From contig NMRA01000308.1 in the NCBI GenBank assembly GCA_002633005.1, positions 438,305 to 502,304 on the forward strand: 64,000 bases of DNA, given 5' to 3'. How positions within the stretch are numbered: position 1 is the stretch's first letter; each line of letters opens with the position of its first letter. Source of the DNA: Phoronis australis (taxonomy: Eukaryota > Animalia > Phoronida). Shown piece by piece: positions 11,671-24,500 of this stretch. The notes beneath the pieces are model-generated. The model was given only the letters and a program-made list of their open reading frames with translations, was not told where the DNA came from and did not search any database. The translations under genes and the position numbers were made by a program.

Positions 11671-12413
11671 TTAAAAGAGTGCAGCCATCGTGGACTGTCT
11701 ATTTAGTTCAGTTGTCAACATTTGCATTGACATTTGCCATTTTGTTTTTGTACCCTCTGACAATGCTGGATGGGTTCGTTTTAAATGTGATCAAACAAGG
11801 TCAAGGATTATTGTTGCCTTGCCATTACTGTAATCTCAATTAAAATTACAACAATTTTGTGCGTTCGTCTTGTTTGTTTGCGCGTGTGTGTGTACATAGT
11901 GATCATAGGTTTATTATTAACTTATTTGTTCAAGATGCAAGCAATATTTAAATTATTCAGTCCATTGTGATATTGTTACTGTTGATTACTACTTAATGTT
12001 GATGTTTTGCTCAAGACAAAACAGTTACTCTGTCTGCTGGTCTACACTTGGTAAAGCGAGTTGGGCAGGATCACGCAAGACTTTATATAATATTGCTATG
12101 CATCACAGGCGAAGCGCGTGATCTTACAAGCTGTGACTTGTGATTACCTTGCATTATGGAACAGGTCCCTGGTCATAAACATGGAAGTAGCCTTATCATT
12201 CAATGGCTGGTTCTGTGTGCGGTGGTCTAGTTGAGTGTTTAAACTTTAAGAATTGTCTACAGTGGTGCATAACTCTGTCAAAGTGTGCTGGTTTAGGATT
12301 TAGGTTAAGAAAATGTTTATGTTTTGTTAAAACGGTTGAAAGTGCACTTAGTCTTGGCTACATGTTTCTTTGTTTTACCATAGATTGAAGTATAGGTGGT
12401 GTGACATGGTAGG

Positions 12414-12722
12414 TATGTATCACTGTCAGTATGCATCACTCTCAGTATGCATCAGTGTCAGTATGCATCACTGTCAGTATGCATCACTCTCAGTATGCAT
12501 CACTGTCAGTATGCATCACTGTCAGTATGCATCACTCTCAGTGTGCATCACTGTCAGTGTGCATCACTGTCGGTATGCATCACTGTCAGTATACATCACT
12601 GTCAGTATGCATCACTGTCAGTATGCATCACTCTCAGTGTGCATCACTCTCAGTATGCATCACTCTCAGTATGCATCACTGTCAGTATGCATCACTGTCA
12701 GTATGCATCACTCTCAGTATGC
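12414..12722. repeat. 16-bp minisatellite (CAGTATGCATCACTGT/CT) x ~19
   Basis: Direct inspection; source of spurious ORFs at 12370-12869. Confidence 0.92.
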
Positions 12723-13581
12723 ACCTTGTTGCCCTGTTATTCCTGTTTACAAAGAGAATGGTTGGAACAGATGCCTTTTCATCTGTATTACAGGAGGCTC
12801 AAAAATGCAGAAATTAAATCGCGTTTTGGATTTGACCTTTCTTTGATATTTTATTTTAACCTGTTTTAAAGCACATTCTAGTGCCTAAAGAAACTAAAAT
12901 TGAAAAGGATTACATAGAATTGTTAGAATGCCTTGGTTAGGCCATGTTGGTTTGATGGCTGAAACTAGCACACCGTGAAAAGCAAACTTGATGAGCCTAG
13001 TCTGAAATACTAATAGTCTGTTAGTTCTTGGTGAGCCTAGCAATCACTTTGAACATGTGTGAGGAACAAGATTTGAGTGCAAGTGATTTAATTCAGAACT
13101 TGTTTGTCTCTTTTAAAGCAGCTGCCCACTATTGGATGTCCTGATAATTTTTGTCGTGTCACATGCAGTGTTACAGTTTTGTCGTCTTCCGTTATAGTAA
13201 AACGACTTGTGCTCAAATCTTAGGTGTGGATGAGTGAAATCTACAAAGACTAATCTGTCGTTGCCATTTTCAGAAAATTCTTTGTTTCATGTCTTGAACA
13301 CTGACAGCTGGTAGAAACATGGTGAACTATATTGTAAGAAGCTTCAGGTGGTTTTTTCAACAGTGCAAACGATGCCGTCTTGCATATTAAAATGTAGCAT
13401 AAACATGCAGTTTTTTCTAGAATGTTAGTTGTTTGTACATAACTGTGTTGGTTTTCAAAAAATGTTAGAGTACAGTTCATTTGTTTTTCAGAAATGCATG
13501 CTGGGTCTGTTGTTTCAATGACAGTGGTCCCAGGGTTTCTTCACGAATCCTATAGTTAACTCATACAGTGGTTTGCAAATT

Positions 13582-13587
13582 AATAAA
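13582..13587 (+). promoter_or_regulatory. Candidate polyadenylation signal for FMR1
   Basis: First AATAAA I found after the stop, followed by U/GU-rich sequence; earlier ATTAAA variants exist (~11839, ~12813). Confidence 0.4.
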
Positions 13588-15963
13588 ATGCAATATTTTG
13601 ACTTAAGGTTGTCCATTTTGTGAGTTTACCAACGTCTGGAGTCCATTTTTATTGGATATGTTATGCAATTCAGTAAACATTACCATGGTATGCACACTAG
13701 ACAGTTAATCCACTGTGCGTTTGCCAGTAGTAAGGTTATCCCAATAGGCAAATAGTGTGCGCATGCTCCCATTTCGAGGTCAAGAAATTCCCAGTGCATG
13801 ACATCGGTGGCTTTAGTTATCAACTAGAGTCACAGGCAATGCATACATGGAAAGCTTTATATTTGAGGCTAGTTCCTGAACTGGTTTCGAGTGATGTCAC
13901 TCGAGTATTTGCAAGGCTGTTTGCTATATAATTATAGGCAGATGTGACAGGAACTCCTTCGACATTCTCACAATAAGACTGGTCAGGATCACAACCTTTA
14001 CTTATTTTCGTAGATCATAAGACATAAGCTTGCACTTGCGGTGAAAATTATTTTCTTGTGTAATGGAAACTGAATTCAAGTCCATTCTCATTGTCCAATT
14101 ACTAATAAGTGGCCACCATTTTGCTAGGATAGTTCACTTGTATGATTTTGTGAGGTCTTGCTTTTCTCACAAAAAGGTAGGTGCTCACCTGGATTTTTAT
14201 TTTTCTAGCTGCCCTACGCTATCAAGACAATGTGAGATGACAGAATTGATTTTACTATATTGCAATTAGTGCACCATTTTCGAATTTGCAATTTTAATGT
14301 TAGACAACACTAATAAACTCTGCGATGCTCCTTTAGTCACGGAAGGTTTCGATGTTCTTGTTGGTAACAGAAATAGTTTCCTATCATGCTATGGAACACT
14401 ACAAGAAAGTACTTGGCCTAATTTGATTTCCCTTTTTTAGTCAGTTGAATAAGGTATAATACATCTTTTATAAGTGTTTAATGAGCAGTTCAGTTTACTC
14501 GAGAGAATGTGATTAATTGGAAACTCAGTTCATCTGAATAGCAGAAAATTTCATGGTAGATTGCCCCCTCAAAAGATGAACATGTTTTTTATGTGTCCAC
14601 TACGACAGGTATGTAGCACAGTGCACTTCAGTAGTGGTACAGCAAAACCAAGTGCTGTCCCTACTCCTGATAACTATACCTGCTTCTGCATTTACCATGC
14701 TCTTTGACTGATACATTGTTTGTCAAGCGAGCACAACACCTGCCCATTTTTGAATGAATTTCAGTACTTCAATGACCCTAGTATAGTTCCAGTCAGTTGT
14801 ATTTTTGAAATAGTGGAGGAAAGGGCAACACAAGCAAGTTTTCAAATTCCAATGTTTGCAGCACCACCTAGTGTTTATCAAACCAATGGGTATGATCTCG
14901 GTAATTTATATCTGGTATGTCTATCATGAAGTGGACAGCAACAAATCCCCATCTTGCACGTGCCAAATCTCCATCTACTAGACTAACAGTTGTGCTCACA
15001 ACAAAAGTGATGGTGGACAACACCAATGGCCAACTACATGGGCTCACATGTATAGGTACAGTAAACTCAATAACATGTAACGATGGTTTTATTCAAGGTA
15101 TTAAATACAAAATGCACCTCCAACAGTTAGCTAGCAAGACGAGAGACTTACAAGAGAAACTATAACCAGGGCTGTGTTTGATGAAAAGTGACTTAAGACA
15201 GAAATTTGGTTGTATGCTCCACCTAACTATATTTCTGAAAAAAAAAATTAAATGTGATCACAAAAGTAAAATCAGAAATATACACACAACTGTTAGTTAA
15301 GTGATAGTTTTCATTAATTATTCCTAGACTATGGCTGTCATAATTACTTGGTAAAACTCATTCAACAACTGTAAAGTGGGAGTGTCTGACCAAAGTTCTG
15401 TCTTGTGTCACTTTCAGAAATTGCCACATGCCCTAATATGGAAATACAAAAAAATTCAAAATACAGCATGCGCAATGGACCAATCAACCTGTTAGTATAA
15501 GAAGCAAGTTGTACACTTGAAAAAACAAAGGGAAAAAGATAAAAAGCCAATACAATGCAATTAGTACAAATACAATAAGCTCTATTGTTCTAATACAATG
15601 CAATGAGTACAAATACAACAAGTAGTTGTTCTGATACAATGCTATGAGTACAAATACACCAAGTACTCTAAGTTGTTTTAAGAATAGAAATTGATACACA
15701 ACCCCAAAAATTCAAAAAAACTGATGAATACACATATGTTTGAGAACTAGACTAAACAAAAACTGCCTCACAAGCTAGTTTCCCCCGAGATGAATAGGAA
15801 ACCAAAAGTTGGCGAAAATAGGACATTTATTATAAGTAGACTAGCGGTACAAAACAATATATGAGAACAGACGCTTGAGTAACAAAACATCTCTGGAAAC
15901 ATGGGCAATAAGAAAGTGTCGCAAGATAATGAATATAGCTCATGTCCAATTGCATTTTAGACC

Positions 15964-16113
15964 AGGGCCCAGTTGCATAAAAGTTATACGCCGTATAGCA
16001 ACAATGTCGCATTATCACGTCACGTTGTTGTTGTTGAACAATGCAACTGACGTCATGCAACAATCAAACTTATCCAGTGGATAACTTTTGAAGCTTTATG
16101 AAACTCGGCCCAG
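15964..16113. mobile_element. Harbinger-like MITE (degenerate)
   Basis: Imperfect TIR GGGCCCAGTTGCATAAA / TTTATGAAACTCGGCCC flanked by CAG. Confidence 0.5.
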
Positions 16114-16241
16114 GTGACTAACACGTACTGTTACACGTAGCGTGACACGTTACACGTACTGTTACACGTTCTGTTACATGTACTGTCTGGGCATAGGAGA
16201 TGTTGAAATAATTCAGGAGAACTAGTATAAGTCCGATACAA

Positions 16242-16412
16242 CTGAACTGAGAGGTTTCATTTTAATAACGCCAATGGATTTATCACAAACTAGATAAGCT
16301 GAACTGAGAGGTTTCATTTTAATAACGCCAATGGATTTATCACAAACTAGATAAGCTGAACTGAGAGGTTTCATTTTAATAACGCCAATGGATTTATCAC
16401 AAACTAGATAAG
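16242..16412. repeat. 57-bp tandem repeat x3
   Basis: CTGAACTGAGAGGTTTCATTTTAATAACGCCAATGGATTTATCACAAACTAGATAAG repeated. Confidence 0.9.
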
Positions 16413-17628
16413 CCGCACTTAGTCTGAGCTAAGTCAACATTTACAACTTATACAAGTTTCTGTATAACTACAAACACCAATTTTAATGAAATTAAAACAA
16501 AGCTGCACAACACAGATTAATATGTATAAACCAAGACAAAATTCCACAAATGCACTGACAAGTTTTCACCATGCAATAATACATCAAATTAAGTCAAAAC
16601 AATAATCAACAAGCACTGTATGTGAAATGAGGCAATACTAACTTACAAGTGGGAAAATTGTTTTCACATGGGCAGAGAACACCATCCACTCATTTGAAAT
16701 CCAAATGACTCATTCTCGACTTTTGCTCCACCTAAAAAGCAGTTGCCAACAATCTTGCTTCATGAATTACCCAGTTACACAGCAAGTTACTTCTTTCTCA
16801 TCCAGCTTCACCAATTTGCCTTCCATATTACATGTCGCACACAGAGTCCTGAGTTTTGTCCCTGCTTACAAGATACATCAACATAAAGGGACATCATTTC
16901 AGACACAAGAGAGCCCTCCCAGATAACACAGCAATAGAACTCTCCTTTCTACCAAAGCTAAGAAAGCGTGTTGTTTTCATTGGCCATGTTTTGGCGTGTC
17001 GGGCACACTTTCACTGGTCATGTCGAAAACAGATGAGGTGTATGTTTGTGGAAATATTGTCAATTTCAACCATGTGAATGTACCAGAATTGAAAAGGTAT
17101 CTCCAACAAAATGGTAGCAGTTCAAAATTACCCCGATGAACTTGCTTCATTCATTTGCTCCGCATTTTGCTGTCACTGATTGATGCCGGGAAGATGAGGA
17201 ACTTGACATCACAGATTTGTCAAGTTTGTCTCACCTGTACAGCAGCAATGCTTTGATGGCTTTGGCAGGACAAATAGAATAATGCAGTGGAGAAAACGTG
17301 TAAAGAATATGAAAACAACAACAAAGAATTTTATGGAATGCCAATGGCGTGAAAACAAGGCTACACAAGTGCAACATTGTGGTTTAATACAACAAGATTA
17401 GAGTGTCTCTGAGTAATCCATAATGACCATATTTGAAAGTCTCATTTCGTAAATTATAGTACAACACCAACAGGACACAGCTATGTGACACCATAGCCAC
17501 ATAGAAATATCCTTGAGATTGGACTCACTTGTTCAACTAGGACTAGGAATGTTTTTTATGCACAAGGTCAAACATCAACCACAGTGACATGGAAAATATA
17601 ATTTGAAGATATATGATTTTATCATGTA

Positions 17629-18030
17629 CAGTCGAATCTCACTACGACGTACAACAAAAGACTTTAGAAATGTGTACATTATTACGATAGTTTGTTGTAA
17701 ACAGGGTAGATTTACAAGACATACATCGCTAAAATTGAGACTAGGAAGTTGGTACGTTACTTCTCTTTTAATGTTCTTAGACGAGTACTCTGCAACAGTG
17801 CTCTGCTTCAGTGCTCTGCAACAGTGCTCTGCAACAGTGCTCAGCAACAGTGCTCTGCAACAGTGCTCTGCAACAGTGCTCTGCAACAGTGCTCTGCAAC
17901 AGTGCTCTGCAACAGTGCTCATTACTCTGCAATTATAGTACTCTGTAATAGAACTCTGTAATAGTACTCTGTAAAACATAGTACTCTGTAATAGTACTCT
18001 GCAATAGTACTCTGTAATGAAATTCGACTG
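17629..18030. mobile_element. Tc1/mariner-type MITE containing a 13-bp minisatellite
   Basis: TA|CAGTCGAATCTCACTAC ... GTAATGAAATTCGACTG|TA; (TGCAACAGTGCTC)n at ~17785-18015. Confidence 0.75.
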
Positions 18031-18435
18031 TATTTGTAATAGAATCTGAACACAGAAGCCACTTTGCAGAAATTGTTGAAATCAGTTGAGTGGGAATTGT
18101 CTCATTAACGCAAAATCAAAGTGTCTGATTGTTACCTGTAAAGCTCAGTAAGTAAGTGTCATGATTTGGCAATCCATAGAGCCATCAACACTATGTGTAT
18201 ATGGAGGCTGGCTTGAAACCAGAAAGCATATGACGGATGTTTTGAAAAATGTTTAGTACCTAGGTAGAAGATATCTCTGCATGGCCTACTCAGAAAACTG
18301 TGTACACCTGCAAGCTTTAGCAGCGGCTTCTTGTCTACAAAAGCACAATTCCCTAATAGAAAACGCCCTCTACCACGTGAAACAAGACTAGAATGAAGAC
18401 GATTGAGATTCTAGGGTGCAGATTAATGAGTGTCA

Positions 18436-18587
18436 TCATAATGATGTTCCATGGTCATTCCTGGCCAATCTTTGCTCCAGTCGAAGAACCAAAGGCTTCA
18501 ACCACAAAATAACACCTCCAAACAGTGTTAGAGACCCACAGAGGTAGAAGGCTGGATTGTAGCTGTCAAACTCATCCCGGAAGTAAC
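18436..18587 (-). CDS. SLC16 last coding exon (TM12)
   Basis: GYFRDEFDSYNPAFYLCGSLTLFGGVILWLKPLVLRLEQRLARNDHGTSL*. Confidence 0.9.
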
Positions 18588-21500
18588 CTGTAACCAAAAG
18601 AATGTGCTGATGACTTAAAATTGCTCATTGTTATTATTATACAGTTTTATGTCACCCGACTTTTCTTAAGTCAACATTGAAATCAAACAATTTTGTACTG
18701 TGCATGGGTTGGGATCTCACATCCATATGAACAAAGTGCAGAGAATGATCAAAGGATAACATATGACTAGGAAACATTTTTATGACCTAAAGTGATTGTA
18801 AACATGATTTTAGAATCCATATGCAGAATGTCTTACCCATCAGAGCAGGGGAGCCCCCTGTTGGCAGTGTGCTGAAGGCTAGGGTCAGGCCAAAGGAACT
18901 GGCGAGATTATGCAGACCAAGAAAGTCTACCAGAACAATGGGCATCATAGTGATGAAGCCAGCACCACTGAAAAAGCCAAGGATGGCGCACTGGGCCGCT
19001 AGGGCACCATATGTGGTAGAAAAGGGCATCAGCAATAGGTTGATTCCACTGATGGTCAGACTGGCTGCCATGAAGTGGTACTTCTCCACCTTGTTTAGAT
19101 CAGCTAATGGCGTCATGATGAAGCGAGCGATGAGCTCCGAGATAGCCACAATTGAGATGAGAAATGCTGCATCCTGCGGGGCCACGCCCATCTCCATGGC
19201 ATGAGTTGGAATGAAGACGAATGGCACAGGGTAGCTGAGGTAGCCACACAGGCAAGAGATGAGAACCAGTATATACATGGGCCGTGTCAACAGGAACAGA
19301 TTAAAGAAGGGCAGTTCTTTGATATCACTACCACAGCCAAAAGTCCTGCGGCAGCACCACACACAACCCCCTGGCTCAGTTCTCATCACTTCAGTTTCAG
19401 TCTCATCAACAGTACAACCACTACTAATGTTCTGTGCTCCATCAGTGTTAGGAACAAGATGAGATTCTACTTCTGTTGTGATACACTTCCTGTCCAGCTT
19501 ATCTCCACCTGGTCTGCCTTCCGTCTCATCACACGTCAGGCTTATTTGCACTAAGCTACCCATTTCTGTCTGCTCATACTGCACACCAGGTGGCAGCTTA
19601 TCAAAATGCACGATGCTATGCATTTCTTTCTTCGAGTTAGAATCTTCCCTCTCACTGTCACAGCATGACAGATTACAGGCCCAGTACTTCCCTGCACTAG
19701 TGTAGAACTCAGGCGGGCGGAAAAGTGATGCAGCGAGAATGATGTGCGCCAGACAGCCCCCCATGATGAGGAATGCACCTTGGAAAGAGTAGGTGTCAAA
19801 CACATACCTGCAATGGATAAGGTGAACTACCTCGTGACTGAGAATGAAGGGAAATTAATGAGAAAGTGAGCAAGGTGGCAAAGTCATTTTGCTATCATAA
19901 CACATTAATACCAATCATTTTGCTACCATAACACGTTAATACCAGTCATTTGCTACCATAACACGCTAATACCAGTCATTTTGCTACCATAACACGTTAT
20001 TACCAATCATTTTTCTGTTGACAGAATTAGCCGTCATAATAGAGAAAGGGTATTTTGTTCTATTACTTAGATCTTGTACAGTATCACTAGGTTGCTGGAC
20101 AGCAAAAATGAATTTAAGTGTGGACACCAATGTTGGAATCTTAAATTTGACCTCCCTATAACTTTCCTTTTCTACACGTAAACACCTTCAAAACTATCCA
20201 ACCCCAGCTATGACTGATTGTGAGGAATTTCAAAATCAAATCCTGGTTAAAAGTTTGTAAAAGACGGTCAACGATACAGGGTGCACTTTTTTGGGTAATT
20301 AGATCTGGTTTTAACCAAATTAACATTCTCTTAGCATTATGACATCAAATTTTTAAGTTTACTCAAAGACCATCTTTTCCATTTGATATACATCCTTCAG
20401 ATGATATAACAAAGAGAGAACTTCACCTCAGTGAACTGAAATAGTTGGTGTGTCTGCATTGTATCTGGTTTCCAATCCACTGATCATAGTGACTAATAAA
20501 ATAAAGATTGCGATCACCAGTCTGTTATTATGTGTGCCGAGTGACTGGACTGCAGAAATAAGACAAATGTGCAAACTAGGTCATTTCACTTTTATTATTG
20601 AAATATTAGCAAACTGGTGATTTGTAAATTTTGCAAAACAATACCGATTACGATGGCGGATGTCTCTATTAAACTGCAGTCACCAACTGTGACACGGAAG
20701 CCTACCGTATAAGAACAGGTAACACCATGCCACCTACAGAAGAACCACTAGTTGCTAGTCCCATGGCCAAAGAGCGACGCTTGTCAAAGTATAGGCCGAC
20801 TAAGACCAGGCTGGGTGCGTAAGACAGAGAACTACCAATACCTGTAAAAGACAGTTGATATGGGGACAAATGTTTCCCTGGTAGTTGGATTCATAATCTA
20901 CCTCAGCAGGTCAAGATCTAGTCAGATCCATTGGCAAATCTACCTCAGCAGGTCAAGATCTAGTCGGATCCATTGGCAAATCTACCTCAGCAGGTCAAGA
21001 TCTAGTCGGATCCATTGGAAAATCTACTTCAGCAGGTCAAGATCTAGTCGGATCCATTGGCAAATCTACCTCAGCAGGTCAAGATCTAGTCGGATCCATT
21101 GGAAAATCTACTTCAGCAGGTCAAGATCTAGTCGGATCCATTGGCAAATCTACCTCAGCAGGTCAAGATCTAGTCAAATCCATTGGCAAATCTACCTCGG
21201 CAGGTCAAGATCTAGTCGGATCCATTGGCAAATCTACCTCAGCAGGTCAAGATCTAGTCGGATCCATTGACAAGTCTACCTCAGCAGGTCAAGATCCAGC
21301 CACCAAAGAAATGGTAGATATTAAAGAGTTTCCACCATGACCATCTGTCTCAAAAATAATTTTATTAAAACATCTTAAGAGATATAATAGCTTTTAGTAT
21401 ACATGTTGCTAAGAAACAAGACAAAAATTAAAAAAAAAAAAATTCCTGTTATATCAGGATTGTACGTAATGGTTGGAAGACTGTCTCCGCCACTCTTTGT

Positions 21501-24500
21501 TTGACGCATTTAAAGAAATCATGTTTCAACCAAACACAAAAGCATTCCCCTCTAACTGACTGTGTATGCGTAACATTACTTGTTGTTGGGCCTAGCAAGG
21601 TGGCCAGTTTTTGCTTCTGAAGATGGTGTTTTACTAAACACCAAAACATGTCAAGCTGTTTTAATTAACAAAAGAACCATTACAATGAAAGACTCGCCAA
21701 CTTGTGTATTTGAAAATTTCATACAGGTAGGCTTATTTAATGTGTTAAGACCATGCTCATTACATCATGGCAATAGTGAATATGAGTCACCCACAAGGTT
21801 TAATAACACTTTCCATTTTAAAAAGGGAATTTCCACTCATTCCCTTTTTGTGCTTGAAAGTTGCAGATTTTTTCTGCACCTGGATTTCCATCATTTTGGC
21901 TTAAAAATTGATATATTCGATTGCATTTCAGCCCTCTGTTGAATAATGCGCAGAAATTTCTGCACAGAATTCCAACGCAGAAATTTCTGAGCAGAATTCC
22001 AGCGCAAAAATTTCTGCACAGAAAATGTGTGGTGGGCACTCTTTAAGGCAGACCTTGAAAAGGGAGTGTTTTTATCATGGCCATGGTTAAGTACAGTTTT
22101 CCCACGATTGACAATGGACACTGTACTCACAATCGACATTTCTGTCCATAAATAATACCGACGGTCTTAAACGTTTCATGAAAAATCATCAACTGATTAA
22201 GCTTGCCACTAATGCAAGTAATGTCTACACATAGCACGTTGATAAGACAGTTTTTTAGTTCACTTAACCAACTCATGAGCAATACTGTTCATTGAATACC
22301 ATCCGCGCAGACTTTTGGTATGTATTCTGGTGGAAAGAAAGGCCGAGAATCGCGTAAAATACCTGTTGTTTAGCAGCAGAAACCAATCCAAATTATTAGA
22401 GTTAATTTTATATTTAGCACAAAGTTAAAGCCAGCCACATTACATATCAGGCAGTTAATATTTCCATGACAGGGTTAACCATGAAGCATTCATGGTTGGT
22501 CCAGATGGAAACTTTTCAAAGACTGTTTATTGTGAGATTTGTAATGTGCTTTTATTTAAAAGTTCACAAAACATTTCTTAAATGACAGAATTACAGAAAG
22601 TTGGATAAGTCCATGCAATGTATTTGAAAAGTGTGCATGCCTCAACTCCAAAACAGACCTCCAGAATGAAATGGGACACCATCAGCTTATAACCAAAGAG
22701 CATCGCAAAACTTTGTACTGCAAGTGGTGTCTCAAGGGTTGTTTATATTACCGTAAACATTCGAGTCAATGCCCTGGGCGATTAAATTGGCAAACCCAAA
22801 AATTCGGGAGTGGGCGGTTAACCAGACATGAGCTCTTAAACGTGAAATTTCAAGAAATCAGAGGTGGGCGGTTAACCAAACATGGGCGCTTATTACGACA
22901 GACAACCACCAGGGCGGTTAATGTTACCTCATGATCCCAGTACCCACACGTAGTTGGAATGCATAGAACTTTTCCAAGCTTTCGCCACTTTGCCAAATGA
23001 CGATAAAAATGCCATAACAGTGGATGATCCCAACAAAGGTTCCGTTGCCCTTAATTATTTCAGTTAAATTAATTTTACAAAATTGCTGAGTAATAGCCCA
23101 TGCCGTTCTGCCGTCTTCATAGACCTGTACCTGTAGAGCTGTACCTGTACAGCTGTACCTGTAGAGCGCAGACGACTATGCAGTGCTCCACTTGGTTAGC
23201 AACTATCCTCACTGACGTGGTGACAGTGCAAAGTGCGCGCGTGCAAGCTTCACCTGCTGCGTAGGTCACAGCAGAGTCACGAGTTAGTTGACAAGTTCTG
23301 AGTTAGAGAGCAGTTTTAAATTATTTTGTAATTAAAGTTTGAAAAACTAATTCAGGTGTTTTTTGCGTTTGGGATGTTTATGTTTGAGACTCAGTGATTC
23401 AATGACACTTTCAACGTAAGGTTCAACGGCTGTTTTATTTTGACCGCCCAGCAGAGGTTGGCAGACATAAGCCAATCGTCAATCAAAAGTTACCGCAAAG
23501 GCAATACTCAAAAAAGTGCTTAAGAGTTTAATGTTAAAAAATACTAACACTACGAATGGGATGAGTCTAATGAACCCATATAGTAGAGTCTGAGAAAGAA
23601 GTAAATAAGTTCATACACAAGTACCTTAGTCGGTAAAAATAATTCGCAGACGAAGCCCCCATTATTCGGGTAACCGGCACCAGTGGTTTGTTCCAACGAG
23701 CAAAGCGTCCTTATTGAGAAGGTGTTGTTGAAAACAGGGCTCGGCACTAGGCATAACTAGCTGCAGGTCGCATTGGCGACCTGAATTTTGAAAATGCTAG
23801 CCGAAATTTTGGTCATCTTGTATTTAGTTGTAACATGCGACCTGAAATTTTCAATGTATGAGCCACGGCATACATATGTAATAAAATGTCACAAAACAGC
23901 GATGTTTCTATTCATTGTTAAACGATCAACTTACCAAATTTTGTGGTGGAAAAACACACTTTTATTTTGCATGCAAGATTTCCAGATTATCCTATTTTAT
24001 AGCCTACAATATCGTACTGCGACACTGTTCGGTCCCGCTGTTAGCATGCAATGTCCCCGCAAACGATCGCGACTTGGAAGTGTCAGCAAGTAATCGGCCT
24101 GTTCAATATGCGTATCGTTTTTTATGGCAAAAGACCGCGGCAAACTAATTCTCAAGACCTTCTTTCCGGGGTTGAGCAAACACATATGAGTCACCTGTCA
24201 ATCACATGTGCAGTCAAGGTAACTTGCACTCCAGAGCGTGGGAACTCACGCACGCGCACCACACCAAAGTCGCACATCAAAAGAAAACAGCGAGAGCGGC
24301 TTGACTGTAGGTTTAAGCTGACCGGGTGTTTATTTGACACTGAACTTGGGCCTCCTGCTCTTTAAAAAAAACAACGTACCCCAAAACTGCGACGCCAAGT
24401 TTCAGTTACGGCTCGATGTTCCCTAGGCCCCAGGGGTTCACCCCCTCCCTCTGCTGCCAATTGACCTATAGCAAGCTCTGCCCCCTTGTGTAATGTCGAC

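Noticed and set aside
12370-12869. Cys/His-rich ORFs (MHHCQYASLSVCIT repeats)
   Set aside because: Translations of a 16-bp minisatellite, open in several frames; no splice or homology support
18821-19705. Plus-strand ORFs overlapping SLC16 exon 5
   Set aside because: Antisense shadows of a real coding exon
20860-21270. SR-rich ORF (YLSRSRSSRIHWQI)n
   Set aside because: 42-bp intronic minisatellite antisense to SLC16; the frame stays open only because the unit is a multiple of 3
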